DNA of 63,998 nucleotides, the filler included, from Hyphochytrium catenoides (lineage: Eukaryota; Protista; Hyphochytriomycota): assembly GCA_900088475.1 (NCBI GenBank). It is 7 parts of 7 records of this genome, joined end to end, with 100 filler letters (N's around TTAATTAATTAA, not from the genome) between each part and the next. Parts side by side here need not be neighbours in the genome. Positions count along the whole stretch, not along the records: positions 10,230 to 13,951 come from FLMG01004665.1; positions 14,052 to 45,255 come from FLMG01003842.1; 5 more parts are not named here. The stretch is one strand, 5' to 3'. Positions 13,631 through 25,294 of this stretch are shown piece after piece. The first letter of the stretch is position 1. The number at the start of each line of letters is the position of its first letter. Made by a program: the position numbers and the translations under genes. The notes under the pieces are model-generated. The model did not search any database, was not told the DNA's origin, and saw only the letters and a list, made by a program, of their open reading frames with translations.

Positions 13631-13845
13631 CAAAGAGCGATTGCTAGAGAAAGAAGACGCCAACGAGAGGTAGAGCTGAGCTCTTTACCTGTATGCGCAG
13701 CACTTCTGGAAGGTGACGGCTCTTTTATCCTTAATACCAGCGAAAGAGAGACATTTATCCTTGACACCGACCACGCGGGCGATCGTTTTCATCGCTGAGA
13801 GCATTTCCATGTTCGTCTTGTGCAGGACAAAATGGATGTAGTCGC
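10437..13845 (-). CDS. PUS7: TruD-family pseudouridine synthase (PUS7), internal exons only; both ends lost at assembly spacers
   Basis: Exons encode DYIHFVLHKTN, the catalytic motif FAGIKDKRAVTFQ, LRVGQLKGNQFDIVLR, GFINYFG|LQRFG, LYVHAYQSLLWNKAATARL, PVAGDLVL and SIFDVVLPLPG. The splice junctions I checked are GT-AG and in phase. Confidence 0.93.
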
Positions 13846-14543
13846 CTAGGAGAGGGAGAGAGAGAGACAGAGAGAGCCAGCGAGAGGAGAGCCAGAGCGA
13901 GAGAGCAAGCAGCAGGGCAAAAGAAAAGAGAGAGAGAGAGAGAGAGAGAGANNNNNNNNNNNNNNNNNNNNNNNNNNNNNNNNNNNNNNNNNNNNTTAAT
14001 TAATTAANNNNNNNNNNNNNNNNNNNNNNNNNNNNNNNNNNNNNNNNNNNNAGAGAGAGAGACAGCAGAAAGAGAGAGACAGAAAGAGAGAGAGGGACAG
14101 AGAGAGAGGGGAGGGAAGGGAAATAGTAGAAAGAGAAGAGATAATAGTAATATCACAGGGGAGAGGAGTGGAAGAGTGGTGTGACAGTGAGGACAACACA
14201 GGACAGACAACAAAGAGAAATGGCGAGGAAAGGGAGCAAGCCAGAGAGAGAGAGGGAGGGAGAGAGAGAGAGAGAAAGGAAGATAAACTGGCATTGACAG
14301 CCAAGTTGGCAAGAGAAGTTTGCCTCTCTCTCTCTGCATGCCACCTTCCTCGGTCTCTCCTTGCCTCTTCTTGCTCTTTTCGTCGTCTCTCCCTCTCCCC
14401 CGTTCTTTCCCTCCGTTAACTGTCTCTCTTTCCACCGGCAGATAGCTTTAGCCCCGCGATCCTCGGACGGAGGACTGTGAGTCTTGACAGCACTGCCCTT
14501 GTGACCATTCTTCTTTAGAGAAGCGCTGTGCCACTCAGACAAG

Positions 14544-14582
<39 letters not shown>

Positions 14583-15025
14583 TCTCTTCTCGTCTCTCTA
14601 AGGGTCAAGGGCCCTCTGTTCTTCCGGACACGCAGAGCCATCCTCCTCGGACTTTTGAAGTTCTGCCTGCTCTCTCCTCTCTCGCACGCAACTCCTCCTA
14701 CTTCTTCTCTCGCTCTCGCTCTCTCTCTCTCTCCCTTTTATCGTTGTTTGGGTGTCTTGCTCTCTTTCACTCTCCATCCTTTCTTCATTGTTCCTCTTAT
14801 GCAGGCACTGAGTCAGACAGGAAAGGAAAGATGACACTCTTCCTTTACTGAGGCGCACCCATCCATCTCTCACACTCTCTCTCTTCTCTCCTCCCTCCCA
14901 ATTCGTTTTGTCCCCGCGGCGGTCTCTGAGTTGGTCACCCTCTAGTCTTTCTGTCCTCCTTCTCTCTCTTTCTTTCTCTCTCTCTCTCTCTCTCCTTCTC
15001 TCTCCTGATGCCGTTCATATAGACC

Positions 15026-18000
15026 ATGGACGGCTCAGGGACGCAGGAAGAGGACGACAAAGCTGCAGGGAAGAGCTCCAACAGCGGTTCAGAAGGCGGC
15101 CAAGCCATGGCCGAGACGTCCTCCTTTGTCCTTGATAACACGGTGAACCGCTATCGCTACCTCTTGCGGACGCGGCCCGCTCAAGTCGAGCTGCAGGATC
15201 CTGCCATAGCGCAGCCTGGGAGGGAGTTCATCCAGGTAAAAGTTACAGAGAGACTGAGTGAGAGAGAGGGGGGAGGGGGGCAGAGGGAGAAGAGAAGAAG
15301 AGAGGAAGGGAGAGAGAGGAGGAAGAGAGAGAGAGAGCAGGAGGAGGGGAGAGAGAGAGAAAGAGAGAAAGGCTGCAGAATGCAGCCGAGATAGAGATCA
15401 GGAAGGTAGAGTGAATCCTCTGACTGAACTCTGTTTGGAGTGCGTCAGGGAGATTGTCTGGCGTCTTGTCTCAACACTTGTCATTCCTCTCGGTCTGCCC
15501 TCCCTCTCGCACGGGCACTCTGCCTCTGTCGCTGACTCTCCCTCTTTCTCTCCCTCTCTCTCACTCTTTGTTTCCCCGGCTCCCTCATCACAAGCGATTG
15601 ATGGAACGGTGCAAGACGGTAGACTTCTGTTCAGAAGACTTAGAGAAAGATACGCCGTCTCCAACGAGAGAGATTGCAGAAGAGATCGACCAGGCCATCA
15701 GCTCCTTCTCCATCCTGAGATTGGGAGACTTCGGCATTGGAGACATCGGTGCACGCGCTCTGGGCCTGGCCTTGCAGCTGAACAAGAGCGTCACAAGCGT
15801 CGATCTGGGCTTCAATTCTATAACAGACCGAGGCGCAGAATGGCTGGCAGCTTGCTTTAGAAAGAACAGGTCTCTCTCTGCTCTATATCTCAGTGGAAAC
15901 TGCATTGGACCGCCCGGGGCCGGCGCCCTCGCCGCCGCTCTGTCTCTCAACTCGACGCTAACAACTCTCTTCTTGTCCGGGAACTCAATCGGTTCGGCCG
16001 GAGCCGAGCAGCTTTACCGCGGTTTGGCCTCTAACAATAGTTTGAAGGTGCTGTACATTAGTAGCAACAACCTAGGCAGTGACGGCGCTGGCGCGATAGC
16101 GGCGCTAATGCTAAGGAATCATAGCATAGAAGACTGGTATCTCAGCCAGAACTCAATAGGAGACAGAGGAATGAAGCTCTTAGCTAAGGCGCTCGCCCAG
16201 GCCACGGCGGTGCGCACACTAGAGCTAGGGATGAACAATGTTCACGCAGAAGGTGCCGTCGAGATAGCGAACGCGCTCGGGCAAAATAAGTCGGTGCGCA
16301 CATTATACTTGGATAATAATCCCCTTGGGGATGCAGGAGTGGCCGAGTTTGGGACGCTTCTGGCTCGAAATGAGACGCTCCAGGTGCTGGATCTGGGCTT
16401 TAGCGGCTGTACGGTGCAGGGACTGCAGAAGCTGGCTGTTGGGCTGCAGAGGAACGCAGCGCTGATTGCCCTCTTTGTGCCGGGAAACAGCCTTGTCTCT
16501 CCTCAGGATGCCAAAGGCGTGAGGGCGGCCCGCTTAGTGGCAGCTGCGATGCTCTCGAATCCCCGCTGTCAGTTGCGACAGCTGACCGGCGTCCGTCTTA
16601 GTGTTATCTCTATGGAGATTCGTCTGCCGTTAGAACTGCACGATAGCGAGAATGAAGAGATTCTTTCCTTTCTGCGAGAGAGACTGTCTCTTCAGATAGC
16701 CGCCGCCGCAGCGGGAGGGAGAACACAAGGATCTGCCTCTCGAAGAACAGAAGGGTCGTTGCAAGTGACTGGACAGGTCGTGGCTGAACCGCCAAGGACT
16801 CTTGTGGCGCCGCCTACCTTCCAGTACCAATCGCCACCAGACAGAGGAGGGCAAAAAGGGAGGGAAGGAGTGGAACAGGGGGAAGAGAGAGAAGAGGGAG
16901 TCCATCGTTCCCCCTCTCAGGCAGCTTCCCTTATCACTCGGCATCACTTGGGCTCACTGCAGGCGATATCTCAGATCCCCTTTGACAATCACGAGCTGGA
17001 CGCCTTGCAGAACCATTATAGTTCCATCACTACGCTGGAACTGGCTGCGCAAGGTTAGTAAGTCCACAAGTTGAGGTTTTCTCTCTCCTGTGTGTGCATG
17101 TGTGTGTCTTTCTTTCTCTCCCCCTCTCCCCCTCTCTCTCGGCCTGTGTCTCTGGCATGCGGTTTCTCTGTTTCTTGTCATAGTCGGCAATTTGCACCGA
17201 TCTATCCTCCGTCCTTGCTCTGTCTCCCGCCTATTCTTATCTTTCTGTGGAGTTCTCCGAGTTGCTGGAGTCGACCTTCTCTCTCTCTCTGCCGCTCATC
17301 CTTCCCTCTTCGCCGCTATACTCTATGGCTTCAAGAGTGCGACCTGCGTGTGCTGGACGGCTTCCAAGCCTGCTCACTTACTGCCGTTGCTGCCACCTCT
17401 TTTCTGTTATAATCAGCTTCTGGGGCAGCCATTCGGTCCTCCAGCGAGAGCTTGGAGCCTGTCTCTCGGGGAGAATCCCTTCACAAGCGGGCAGCCACAA
17501 GTTCAATGCGAGACATGAGTGAGGCAGAAGTTAACTCTAGGAAGAAGGTTGCCAGGTCGAGAGTGTCCAAGTACCAGCTTATACAGGTGGGAGGACCAGC
17601 CCGTCTCTCTCCTTCCCCAGCTCTCTCTTTGTCTTTCTCTCCTTTCCGTAGAGTGACATCATCTGAAAGTTTCTTTTTGTCAATAGCCTCATTTGGCTTA
17701 TCACCATCGCTGCCCCAGCCACCTTTTTCTTTCTGCTGGCTGCGGTCCTTCTTCATTTATCAGCGTGCTTGTCTAGAGAGTCATTCGTCAAAAGCCTGAC
17801 GTCTTCTCTTTAAGGTTATTCTTTTTAAGGGGTGCTTTTCCTTGTCTCTCTCTCTCACTTTTGCTTCACAAACCTTTCGCTCCTGCACTGCCAACAGAAG
17901 CAGCCTCTATCTCGTCTCTGTCCTTTGTCCCCATCCTCTTTGCAAGGCCAACCTTCCTCTTTTCGTCCCTCTTTCACTCGCCGGTCCTCTAACCTTTTGT

Positions 18001-18196
18001 GCATGGAAACCCGCTTACCCGTGTGTTCGTGTTGTAGAGGAAGATTGCTCGATTGCAAGCAGAAGGAGACTCCGCAGCGCTGCTGACGTTACTCCGTCAG
18101 CTGAATTTCTTAGAGCGAACGCTGAAGAGCATGGAAGACCCGAACTCCTTTGAGATCATTGATAAACTCCTAGGAGCGGACCTCGAGAGAAGATGA
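15026..18196 (+). CDS. Leucine-rich repeat protein, RNI-like/NLRC3-type 28-residue repeats, with a helical C-terminal tail
   Basis: Exons 15026-15235, 15595-~17053, ~17417-17587, 18038-18196. About 9-10 repeats of the form NxSLxxLYLSxNxIGxxGAxALAxAL. The last exon reads RKIARLQAEGDSAALLTLLRQLNFLERTL...LERR*. Confidence 0.85.
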
Positions 18197-19577
18197 CAGG
18201 GAAGCAAGGAGGAGTAGAGACTCTTTCTCTCTTGTTCTCTCTCTTCTCGCTTTCTCTCTCTCCCCGTCAAGGAGCTTCTCCGCCTACTAATAGTGCTAGG
18301 GAACCATCATAATATCAAGTAGCTGGACAGCTCAATGAACGGGTTTTTCCTGGCTCGTTTCTATTATCCAGTCCCTGTATACCTTTCTCTTCTCTTCTCT
18401 GTTTCTCTCTCCCTATCTCGTCCCTCTCTTCATCGCCCTCAGCCTCTCTGCATTTCCTCGCCTTAAAATCCTTGCCTCCAAGGCAACTCCCTTGTGGCTG
18501 TTCGTTGCGCTTCTCTTTCCTCCTTCTCCCAACAATTCCTTCTCCCTTCTCTGTGTCACACACCAACCACCGCAGCTTGTCCCTTGATGAGTCATCTAAA
18601 GCCTCCTCCATCTATTGCAAAAGGTGAAGAGAGACGACGAACCGTTGGCTCTGTCAGGTCTCCCCTCATCACTGCATAAAGACGAATCTCCCCAGCCAAG
18701 GGAGGAGGACGTGATGGGAACTGAGAAGCAGCCGGCGGGGAGACGAATGGTCACTTTTATTCCTCTTCGTTCGCTAGGTAAAACAGGAAGTTGTCCGTCC
18801 TTGGGCTCGACGATGTTTTGACAAAGCGCCTAGCTTGCTCCAAGAGGAAGGAAGAAGATGAGAAGAGGAATGTGCTATGTATTTGCGGTCTATGGGCCTT
18901 GTTCTTAGGTACGGGAAGAGGTTATGTGGGAAGAGGTTATGTACGCTTATAAATAGAGGTCTTTGGCCCCAGCACCGTGGAAGCTCTTCTCAATCTTCGG
19001 CGAATCTTGCATGCACCAGGCGCTTAAGGCCTGTGGACCTCCATTTCCGTCCTCCTCCGTGCATGCACCTGCAACGACCAGAGAACGCAACGAGGCGGCG
19101 CTACGCGCTCTGAGACTGTTGTCCTTGAACACAGCGCCACGCAGAAAGAAGTTCAGCTCCATCCTTTTCCAGCTTCAGTGCGTCAATAGCTGTGAGACAG
19201 ATTCCTCATTCTATCGTCCTCTTATCTGGGATGGGTGGCGTAGACAACTTCTCTACTGAGCGGCGGAGCATCATCTCCTCTCTCACTGCGACCATAGAAG
19301 GGAGAACGACGATACTGTCTCTCTTCAACGTGGTAGCCTTTCCATGGGCAGAGTAGCATGAGTCAGCTCGTGAACGCCGCCTCCCATACCAGCATGGGCC
19401 GCGAAGAAGGGAGGGGATAGGGAGCCAGTGACCAACATCCAAAAAGCGTAGCGTTGTCCTTCATAACCTCTTTGTTGTCTCTCAGTGAGACCTAACACGC
19501 GATCGGGCCTTCATTCTTACTAAGGATGACCAACAGTGATGCTACAGGCATCGCCATCAGGCGCTGCCCCCAGCAAG

Positions 19578-20426
19578 CTAAGGCCCAGGGCTCTTCTCGA
19601 CACTCTCTACGCCACTCCGATTGACACGGTTTGGAGACTTCTTAGGCACCACGTTGAAGTTAGCATAGCTTGGATGCTCTCTCTTCTTTCGATAACCAGT
19701 CCATAGTAGGCGTGCACAGCACAGCAGCAGCAGGAATAGAAGGATGATGGCTCCGATTGAGAAAGGAAGGAGCTTGCGTGAAAAGAGGATAGCTTCAAGG
19801 CTAGTCGCATGCGCAGTGCTATTGCTCGATGCTGTGCCGTTAGCTAGCTCGGTTATGTTGATCAGATACCCAGTGCTCGTGGGACTGTTGTTACTCTCAC
19901 CTCCAGCTGTGCCTGCAGATGCTGAGCTTCTAGGCTCGTTCTCTCCTCCAGCGGTTGGTGGGCTTGAAGACGTGCTGACCTCACTCTCTATCTCGACGCG
20001 GATCGGTGTGCATGAACGCAAGCACTTGAGCAAGCGATTAGGGGCTTCAAAGATGCATTTGCCTTGGTTCGGTGTGAGAAAGAGATCAAGATCCGTAACA
20101 TGCCCACACAAGGTGCTGCCATTGCAGATAAAGTAGGGAAAGGCACTCAGGTTGATCACTCCTGCACCGTCAGGACACTGAAGACACGCCCGACCTTTCT
20201 TCCCAAGCACGGCGCCATTGACCTCTCCGGAGGGTCCGAAGCTGCTGTTGCACTTTGATGTGCTATCAAGCTCAACAAACCCTTTGCAGGCTGGAATGTA
20301 GTCGCAGCCCAGTTCAATCTGTGCTCCTAAAGTCACCGAACTGCCTAATAGTGCAGAGCAAGAGCTCATGAAAGCCAGAACTACAACGATAAGACCAGGA
20401 CCTCGCTGCTGAGGTTCCCAAGCCAT
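19578..20426 (-). CDS. Intronless type I membrane protein: signal peptide, Cys-rich ectodomain, Ser/Thr linker, one TM helix, short basic tail
   Basis: ORF 19578-20459, likely start MAWEPQQRGPGLIVVVLAFMSSCSA at 20426. About 10 Cys in the ectodomain, several N-x-S/T sequons, TM FSIGAIILLFLLLLCCARLLW followed by YRKKR. Confidence 0.75.
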   Translation of the reverse strand: MAWEPQQRGPGLIVVVLAFMSSCSALLGSSVTLGAQIELGCDYIPACKGFVELDSTSKCNSSFGPSGEVNGAVLGKKGRACLQCPDGAGVINLSAFPYFICNGSTLCGHVTDLDLFLTPNQGKCIFEAPNRLLKCLRSCTPIRVEIESEVSTSSSPPTAGGENEPRSSASAGTAGGESNNSPTSTGYLINITELANGTASSNSTAHATSLEAILFSRKLLPFSIGAIILLFLLLLCCARLLWTGYRKKREHPSYANFNVVPKKSPNRVNRSGVESVEKSPGP

Positions 20427-20647
20427 CGCTGCGTTGGCTCGGCTGTTCCGCGCTGGCAACCAACGGGGGCGCGGTTGTTCAAACGAGAGGCTTTTCTGCT
20501 TCGCCGAGCGGTCCGGCGGGCTCCTTCCTCTTCAAGAGCAGAAAACTGTCTCTTGATCACCGCGCCGCGCCACCCTACCACGCTCTGTGTCTGCTGCTCT
20601 TGACTGCAAACAGGGAGCGAGAAGGAGCCCGATCCTGTCCGTTGAAG

Positions 20648-20960
20648 GTGTGATAACCGCTCACCGACTCAGCTTCTTCTTATTAGCTTATTAGACAGCG
20701 AGAATAGTAGCTCGGCGCTTGGACAGGGATTATAGGTCAACGTGAGACAGACAGCCGAGGTTCTCAAGTCAGCTGAAGGCCAGGCTGCTGCGTAATGGTA
20801 GTCGTAGGTTCACTGCGAGGAAGGCAAGTGTAATAACCGCTCACCAGCCTGGGCTTCTCATCTTAGACACGAGCAATGATAGGTCAGCTCTTAGGCAGCG
20901 ATTACTAGGTCATCTTAGACAGCAAATATAGGTTTTCAACTCAGCTGAACCTTGCTGCTT
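20648..20960. repeat. Degenerate two-copy direct repeat, period about 180 bp
   Basis: gtgtgataaccgctcacc (20648) vs gtgtaataaccgctcacc (20828); ggttctcaagtcagctgaa (20759) vs ggttttcaactcagctgaa (20931); both copies also contain ttagaca and gctgct blocks. Confidence 0.7.
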
Positions 20961-21305
20961 CTCCGAGATGGGGAGAAGTGTTGGCGGTACCAGAGCCTAA
21001 GAGAGTGGGACAAGCGGATGCAGAATATTATGCAGGAAAGCACGAGCTTCTAGCAGTGGCGGGCGAGGTGCCTTGCCTGCAATAGACACTAGAAAGGGAC
21101 TGTCATTCCAGAAGCAATCATCAAGAAGAGTAGGAGCTGCGCAGATCATTTTTAAACTCTGTAGATGGTAACGTCTCCGCCAAAAAGTGAAGATAATAGT
21201 CCTCCCCTCCTCATCCTGCCCTCGCCAATGATTGACTATGAGGCGAAGGCGGGTCTTACCTAATGATGGAAGACTCTTCAAGCTTGGCTGTCCGCTCCAG
21301 CTTTG

Positions 21306-21348
<43 letters not shown>

Positions 21349-21909
21349 CATGTTCTTTCACCTGCGACCACCAGCAGCCAGACAGGGATTCTCCTCTCAA
21401 TAAGGAAGTAGTAAGGAGCAGCATCTCCAGGCTTCACAGATCTCCAGCACTATCGCCCATCATATAGGATAGGCATGAACATCCAGTACCTGCTGCTGGC
21501 CATCCGCAGCGGCCCCGTTTCCTTGCCAAATTCTCTTCTCATCCCCATCATTGAGACGATGGCGCTTGGGCAGCAGATGCTGCTTACCTATCTTTTTGTT
21601 AAGAGAGGTACATCAAAGCTCCCTTCCTGTCTGACTTCATATTCACTTTGGCACTTTTTATCCTGCGGTACCTCAGGTCAAGGGCTTTCATTGGGCGTCA
21701 GCATCATCGAGTCAGTTAAGTCACTCTTCAGCTAGGCGCTCCATTCTCAAACTTTCATTGCTGACAGCAAGACATCATCAAGAGGACAAGCACCTCGGAA
21801 GAGACTCCTCCAGAGGTTCGTCCTCCGAAGGGGTCTCGCTCGAGTAGGCTGCGCCTGCGCTCTTGAAGCCTCCGGAGAGAGACTCGTCCTTAAGAAGCCA
21901 TTGCGAGAC

Positions 21910-23862
21910 ATGGTGGCAATTCAATCGTCCCTTATTCTTAGCCTCTTGAGCTACATCGTTGACCTCTCGTCCCTTCAAGATTGTGTCAACCTCTCGGCTC
22001 TGGAAGGTGTTTTCTCCGCCTTTGACAGCAGTGGCACCTCTCAAGCTATCCTTGACTTGGTGCATCTCCGAACCGACTCCGTCCACACCATCTGTAGCGC
22101 ATTAGCGCCTGGATCAGGATCACTGGCTACCGCGCTGACAAAGGTTGACTATGTGGACGCTGTATGGGGAGCTAGTAGCAGGAGTAGCAATTGTTCTCTC
22201 ATGACGAGAGCCTACATTGATCAAGTTCCTTACATTCTAGGCTTTGAGAGCCCTGCGCATCTCGTACAAGCGATCGTTGGGACGTTAGATGACGTTAACA
22301 ATGCTCTTTGCAGTAGGCAGACAAGTGCCAACGAGAATGATCGTTGTGCTTCCATCCTTGTGCCTTACCTTGCAGACACTGTGGACATTGCCATGAATGA
22401 CACGAGAAATCCGGAGATCAAAAGCTGGGTCAATCTCTATGAGGCAGACACCACCCTCAGCTGCGCTAATGTTCAAAATATGACTTCTGCTTTGGGCTGC
22501 TGCTACAGCGCTGCCGCCTCAGCTGTCGCTGCTATCAGTGATCGCTGGCTAAAGACGTGGGAGCTGATGCAGCTTGTGTCTATAGCGCCGTCCTTCGGCC
22601 CCATTGGCGACAAACTCATCCACAATCTAAAGGCTCTGCCTACGACCTGCCCCGGCGAACAACAATGCCCTGCGCTCCTTCAAAGTACCTTATCTTCCAC
22701 TCTCCAAGCTCAGACTCCCAACCGCTTTGGAGTTCCTGTGCCTAGTAGCAAATCTGCGGCTCATACCCCGGTCGGTGGGTTCCCAACAGCGAGCTTCCTT
22801 CGGGCTATTATCCCCGACCCTGATCTTCAGGAGCTGATGGCCTCTTGCGTGGACTTCAGCGCATTAGATGGACTCATCAGTGCCATCGAAAGCCTAGGCA
22901 TCGCCACCCCTCTCGTCGATAGCCTCTTCGGGAGCACGGACGACGAGACAGAAGTGTACTTAGGCCTTCCGCCCCTGTGGACTACAGCTGAAGCTCTTTG
23001 CTCTGCCCCCGAGAAAGGGAATAAAGTATGGACAGAGCTTGATCGGATTGACTTTATCGCTGCTGTCTGGGGACATCTCAATACTGAGCAGGGTAAGTAC
23101 TGCCCGGGAAGATCATTCATCCTGAACCTCCCAGCTACCCTGGGCTTCACGGAACCGGAGGAACTGGTAGAGGCTTTCAGAAACCTTGTCAGCATCGGTG
23201 TGTCCGCAGTCTGCTCCAAGGGAGAGAAGGGAGGCACATGCGCCAGTACCGTTGGTCCTTACATGTACCACGCTTTTAGCGTCGTCGTTATGGTGGACTC
23301 GTACAGGGGCAGCTATCCCTCAGAGGCTTCCTACTACTACTCTCGTTACTTCCCAGACGCTAGCGACTGGTCCACTGTTCTTAGAGCGGAGGCCCCTGTC
23401 GCTTGTGATGACGTATCCATGATTGTCGACTTCATGGGATGCTGCTACAATCCTATGTCGGCTCTGATGAAAGCAGTTGGCGCAAGCTGGATGTTTGGTG
23501 GAGGTGTTGACAGGATAGTTGAGAAATTAGTGAACATGCCGCAGAGCTGCTCAAGCGCCCACCAGACCGCATCCTGCAAGATCAATACTTTCCAGTCTCT
23601 TGTTCAGCCTCGTGCTCCAACCACACCGCCTTCACCGCCGCCCAGTCCCGCTCCAACCCCTACTCCGCCGTCGGTGGCTCCCACCCCTTCTCCAACCACT
23701 CAAGCACCAAAAACAACTGCACCAACCACACCTGCCACGCCTACTCTAGGCAAAGGCTCTCCAAGCAGTTCAGCAGGGTTGGTGCCTGGTCACTTGTGGA
23801 CGATCAGCTGCATGGTAGTGGCCTTGACAAGCGTTGGGGCGCAGCTGCTGCATGCTTTGTAG
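21910..23862 (+). CDS. Intronless cell-surface protein: two tandem ~250-aa Cys-rich domains, Pro/Thr stalk, C-terminal GPI-type signal
   Basis: 653-codon ORF with ATG at 21910. Internal duplication (CVNLSALEG/CVDFSALDG, VDYVDAVWG/IDFIAAVWG, LGFESPAHLV/LGFTEPEELV, LGCCY/MGCCY, LKALPTTC/LVNMPQSC). PTTPPSPPPSPAPTPT stalk, then SSSAG and a terminal hydrophobic stretch. Confidence 0.85.
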   Translation: MVAIQSSLILSLLSYIVDLSSLQDCVNLSALEGVFSAFDSSGTSQAILDLVHLRTDSVHTICSALAPGSGSLATALTKVDYVDAVWGASSRSSNCSLMTRAYIDQVPYILGFESPAHLVQAIVGTLDDVNNALCSRQTSANENDRCASILVPYLADTVDIAMNDTRNPEIKSWVNLYEADTTLSCANVQNMTSALGCCYSAAASAVAAISDRWLKTWELMQLVSIAPSFGPIGDKLIHNLKALPTTCPGEQQCPALLQSTLSSTLQAQTPNRFGVPVPSSKSAAHTPVGGFPTASFLRAIIPDPDLQELMASCVDFSALDGLISAIESLGIATPLVDSLFGSTDDETEVYLGLPPLWTTAEALCSAPEKGNKVWTELDRIDFIAAVWGHLNTEQGKYCPGRSFILNLPATLGFTEPEELVEAFRNLVSIGVSAVCSKGEKGGTCASTVGPYMYHAFSVVVMVDSYRGSYPSEASYYYSRYFPDASDWSTVLRAEAPVACDDVSMIVDFMGCCYNPMSALMKAVGASWMFGGGVDRIVEKLVNMPQSCSSAHQTASCKINTFQSLVQPRAPTTPPSPPPSPAPTPTPPSVAPTPSPTTQAPKTTAPTTPATPTLGKGSPSSSAGLVPGHLWTISCMVVALTSVGAQLLHAL

Positions 23863-25294
23863 AATGCCAGTGAGGGAAAAACGGAAAGGTTGCCCATGGT
23901 CATCAGAGTAGCTGTCTTCGATTTAGATCTTGAGTCGGAGGCCCCGTCTACTTGTGGTTTTCCAATAAACAATCAGACAAACTCGCGACGCACGTACTTC
24001 TTCTCATTCGTTCCTCTCTAGCTCAAAATGATAGCTTTTTGACCCCATAATCACCAAGAAAGTTATCCCCAGCCAGACAAAGCTCTCATTGGTCACGCCG
24101 AAAGAAGTCCGAAGAGCTGAGCAGAGACCTGTCTTACTTTTAGTCAAAGCGGATGGCGCCATGAACTTCTGAGGCCCAACCAAGCACCACGCACTTCCTT
24201 CACTAGATCCCCGGCACTTGACATTGCACGCCCTCAGAAGGCACCAAGAGTTGTTAGCTAATCTACGAAGCGCAAGCTTGGGCCATCACGCACGTTGTTT
24301 GCTTCCAGAGCGTCATGAGAGAGGTTTATCTAAAACTCAAGAGAATGATCGGTTTGGCCCTAGCAGCACCACTGTTCTTCAATATCCGACAGTTCTTTGA
24401 TAGATGAGCAATTCTGGCCTATCTGGGAGAAGACATTGCTATAACACTGCTCAGCTGTAGACTTGCCTCTTCATCAGGCATTCACCGTGTAGCTCACAGG
24501 GGAATCCCTACCGCTGCTAGGATTTGGTCCAGTCACTGGCTTGCTATTGACTTTCTGGCTCATCGAAGAACACCCTTTGGTTGGTAGGTCTTACCTTATA
24601 AGTGGTGGCTTACTGCTAGTCTTCCATTGCTCTCTGCGCCTCCCGAATCAATCCCTGCATCGCGCAGCGCCCAACAAACAGCTAACAGCCTAAGCTGGAT
24701 CTAGCCCAGGACAATGACCACGAGCGCCAACCTATGCGCTTCTTCGAAACACACCTGTACTTTATGAAGGTAGGGCATCAGTAGCTCTGTGTTAGCGCGT
24801 CCGCAACTATCTTGTTTGTCATCGGGTGCCCTCAAAGAAGCGTGTGCCCTTGGTCACCTACGGGCGAGTGACAGAATATTTGAGTGAACAAGTGCTTCGT
24901 CCTCTTCTTGTGACGTCCGGCGCACACACGCCAGAGCCCAGGCGTAGAAGGCCGACGATTGTGCGCCGGAGGTCACAGTAACGTGAGTGATACCGCGTGA
25001 CATAGCTGGGTTGACCTCTTTTTGGTGAAGGAAATGGCCAAGAGGAGGACGATTTCATCACCCTTCGAAGACATGTGGAGAGATAGTTTGGAGGTGAAGG
25101 ACTAATCCGTGCAACGTTATGTTTATTGGTAGTGATCTTTCCGCTGAAAGGACGTTTCTACTCTCGGCATCAGATCTCCAGGAGGAGGTGGCTAAGCAAG
25201 AAGATAGCTAGAGGAGTCAGCTGCCACCACCAGATTGCCAATGCACATGTTAAGCCCAAGTCCTCACTAGCGCTAACTTCTGAAGCCTGTCTCC

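Larger units (their letters stand above)
1..15600. repeat. Dense (CT)n/(GA)n microsatellite field filling introns and intergenic DNA
   Basis: Directly visible; most introns of CFAP43, DRG2 and PUS7 are imperfect CT or GA repeats. Confidence 0.97.

Noticed and set aside
14153-14900. Possible 5' exons of PUS7
   Set aside because: Beyond a spacer and no recognisable PUS7 N-terminal motif.
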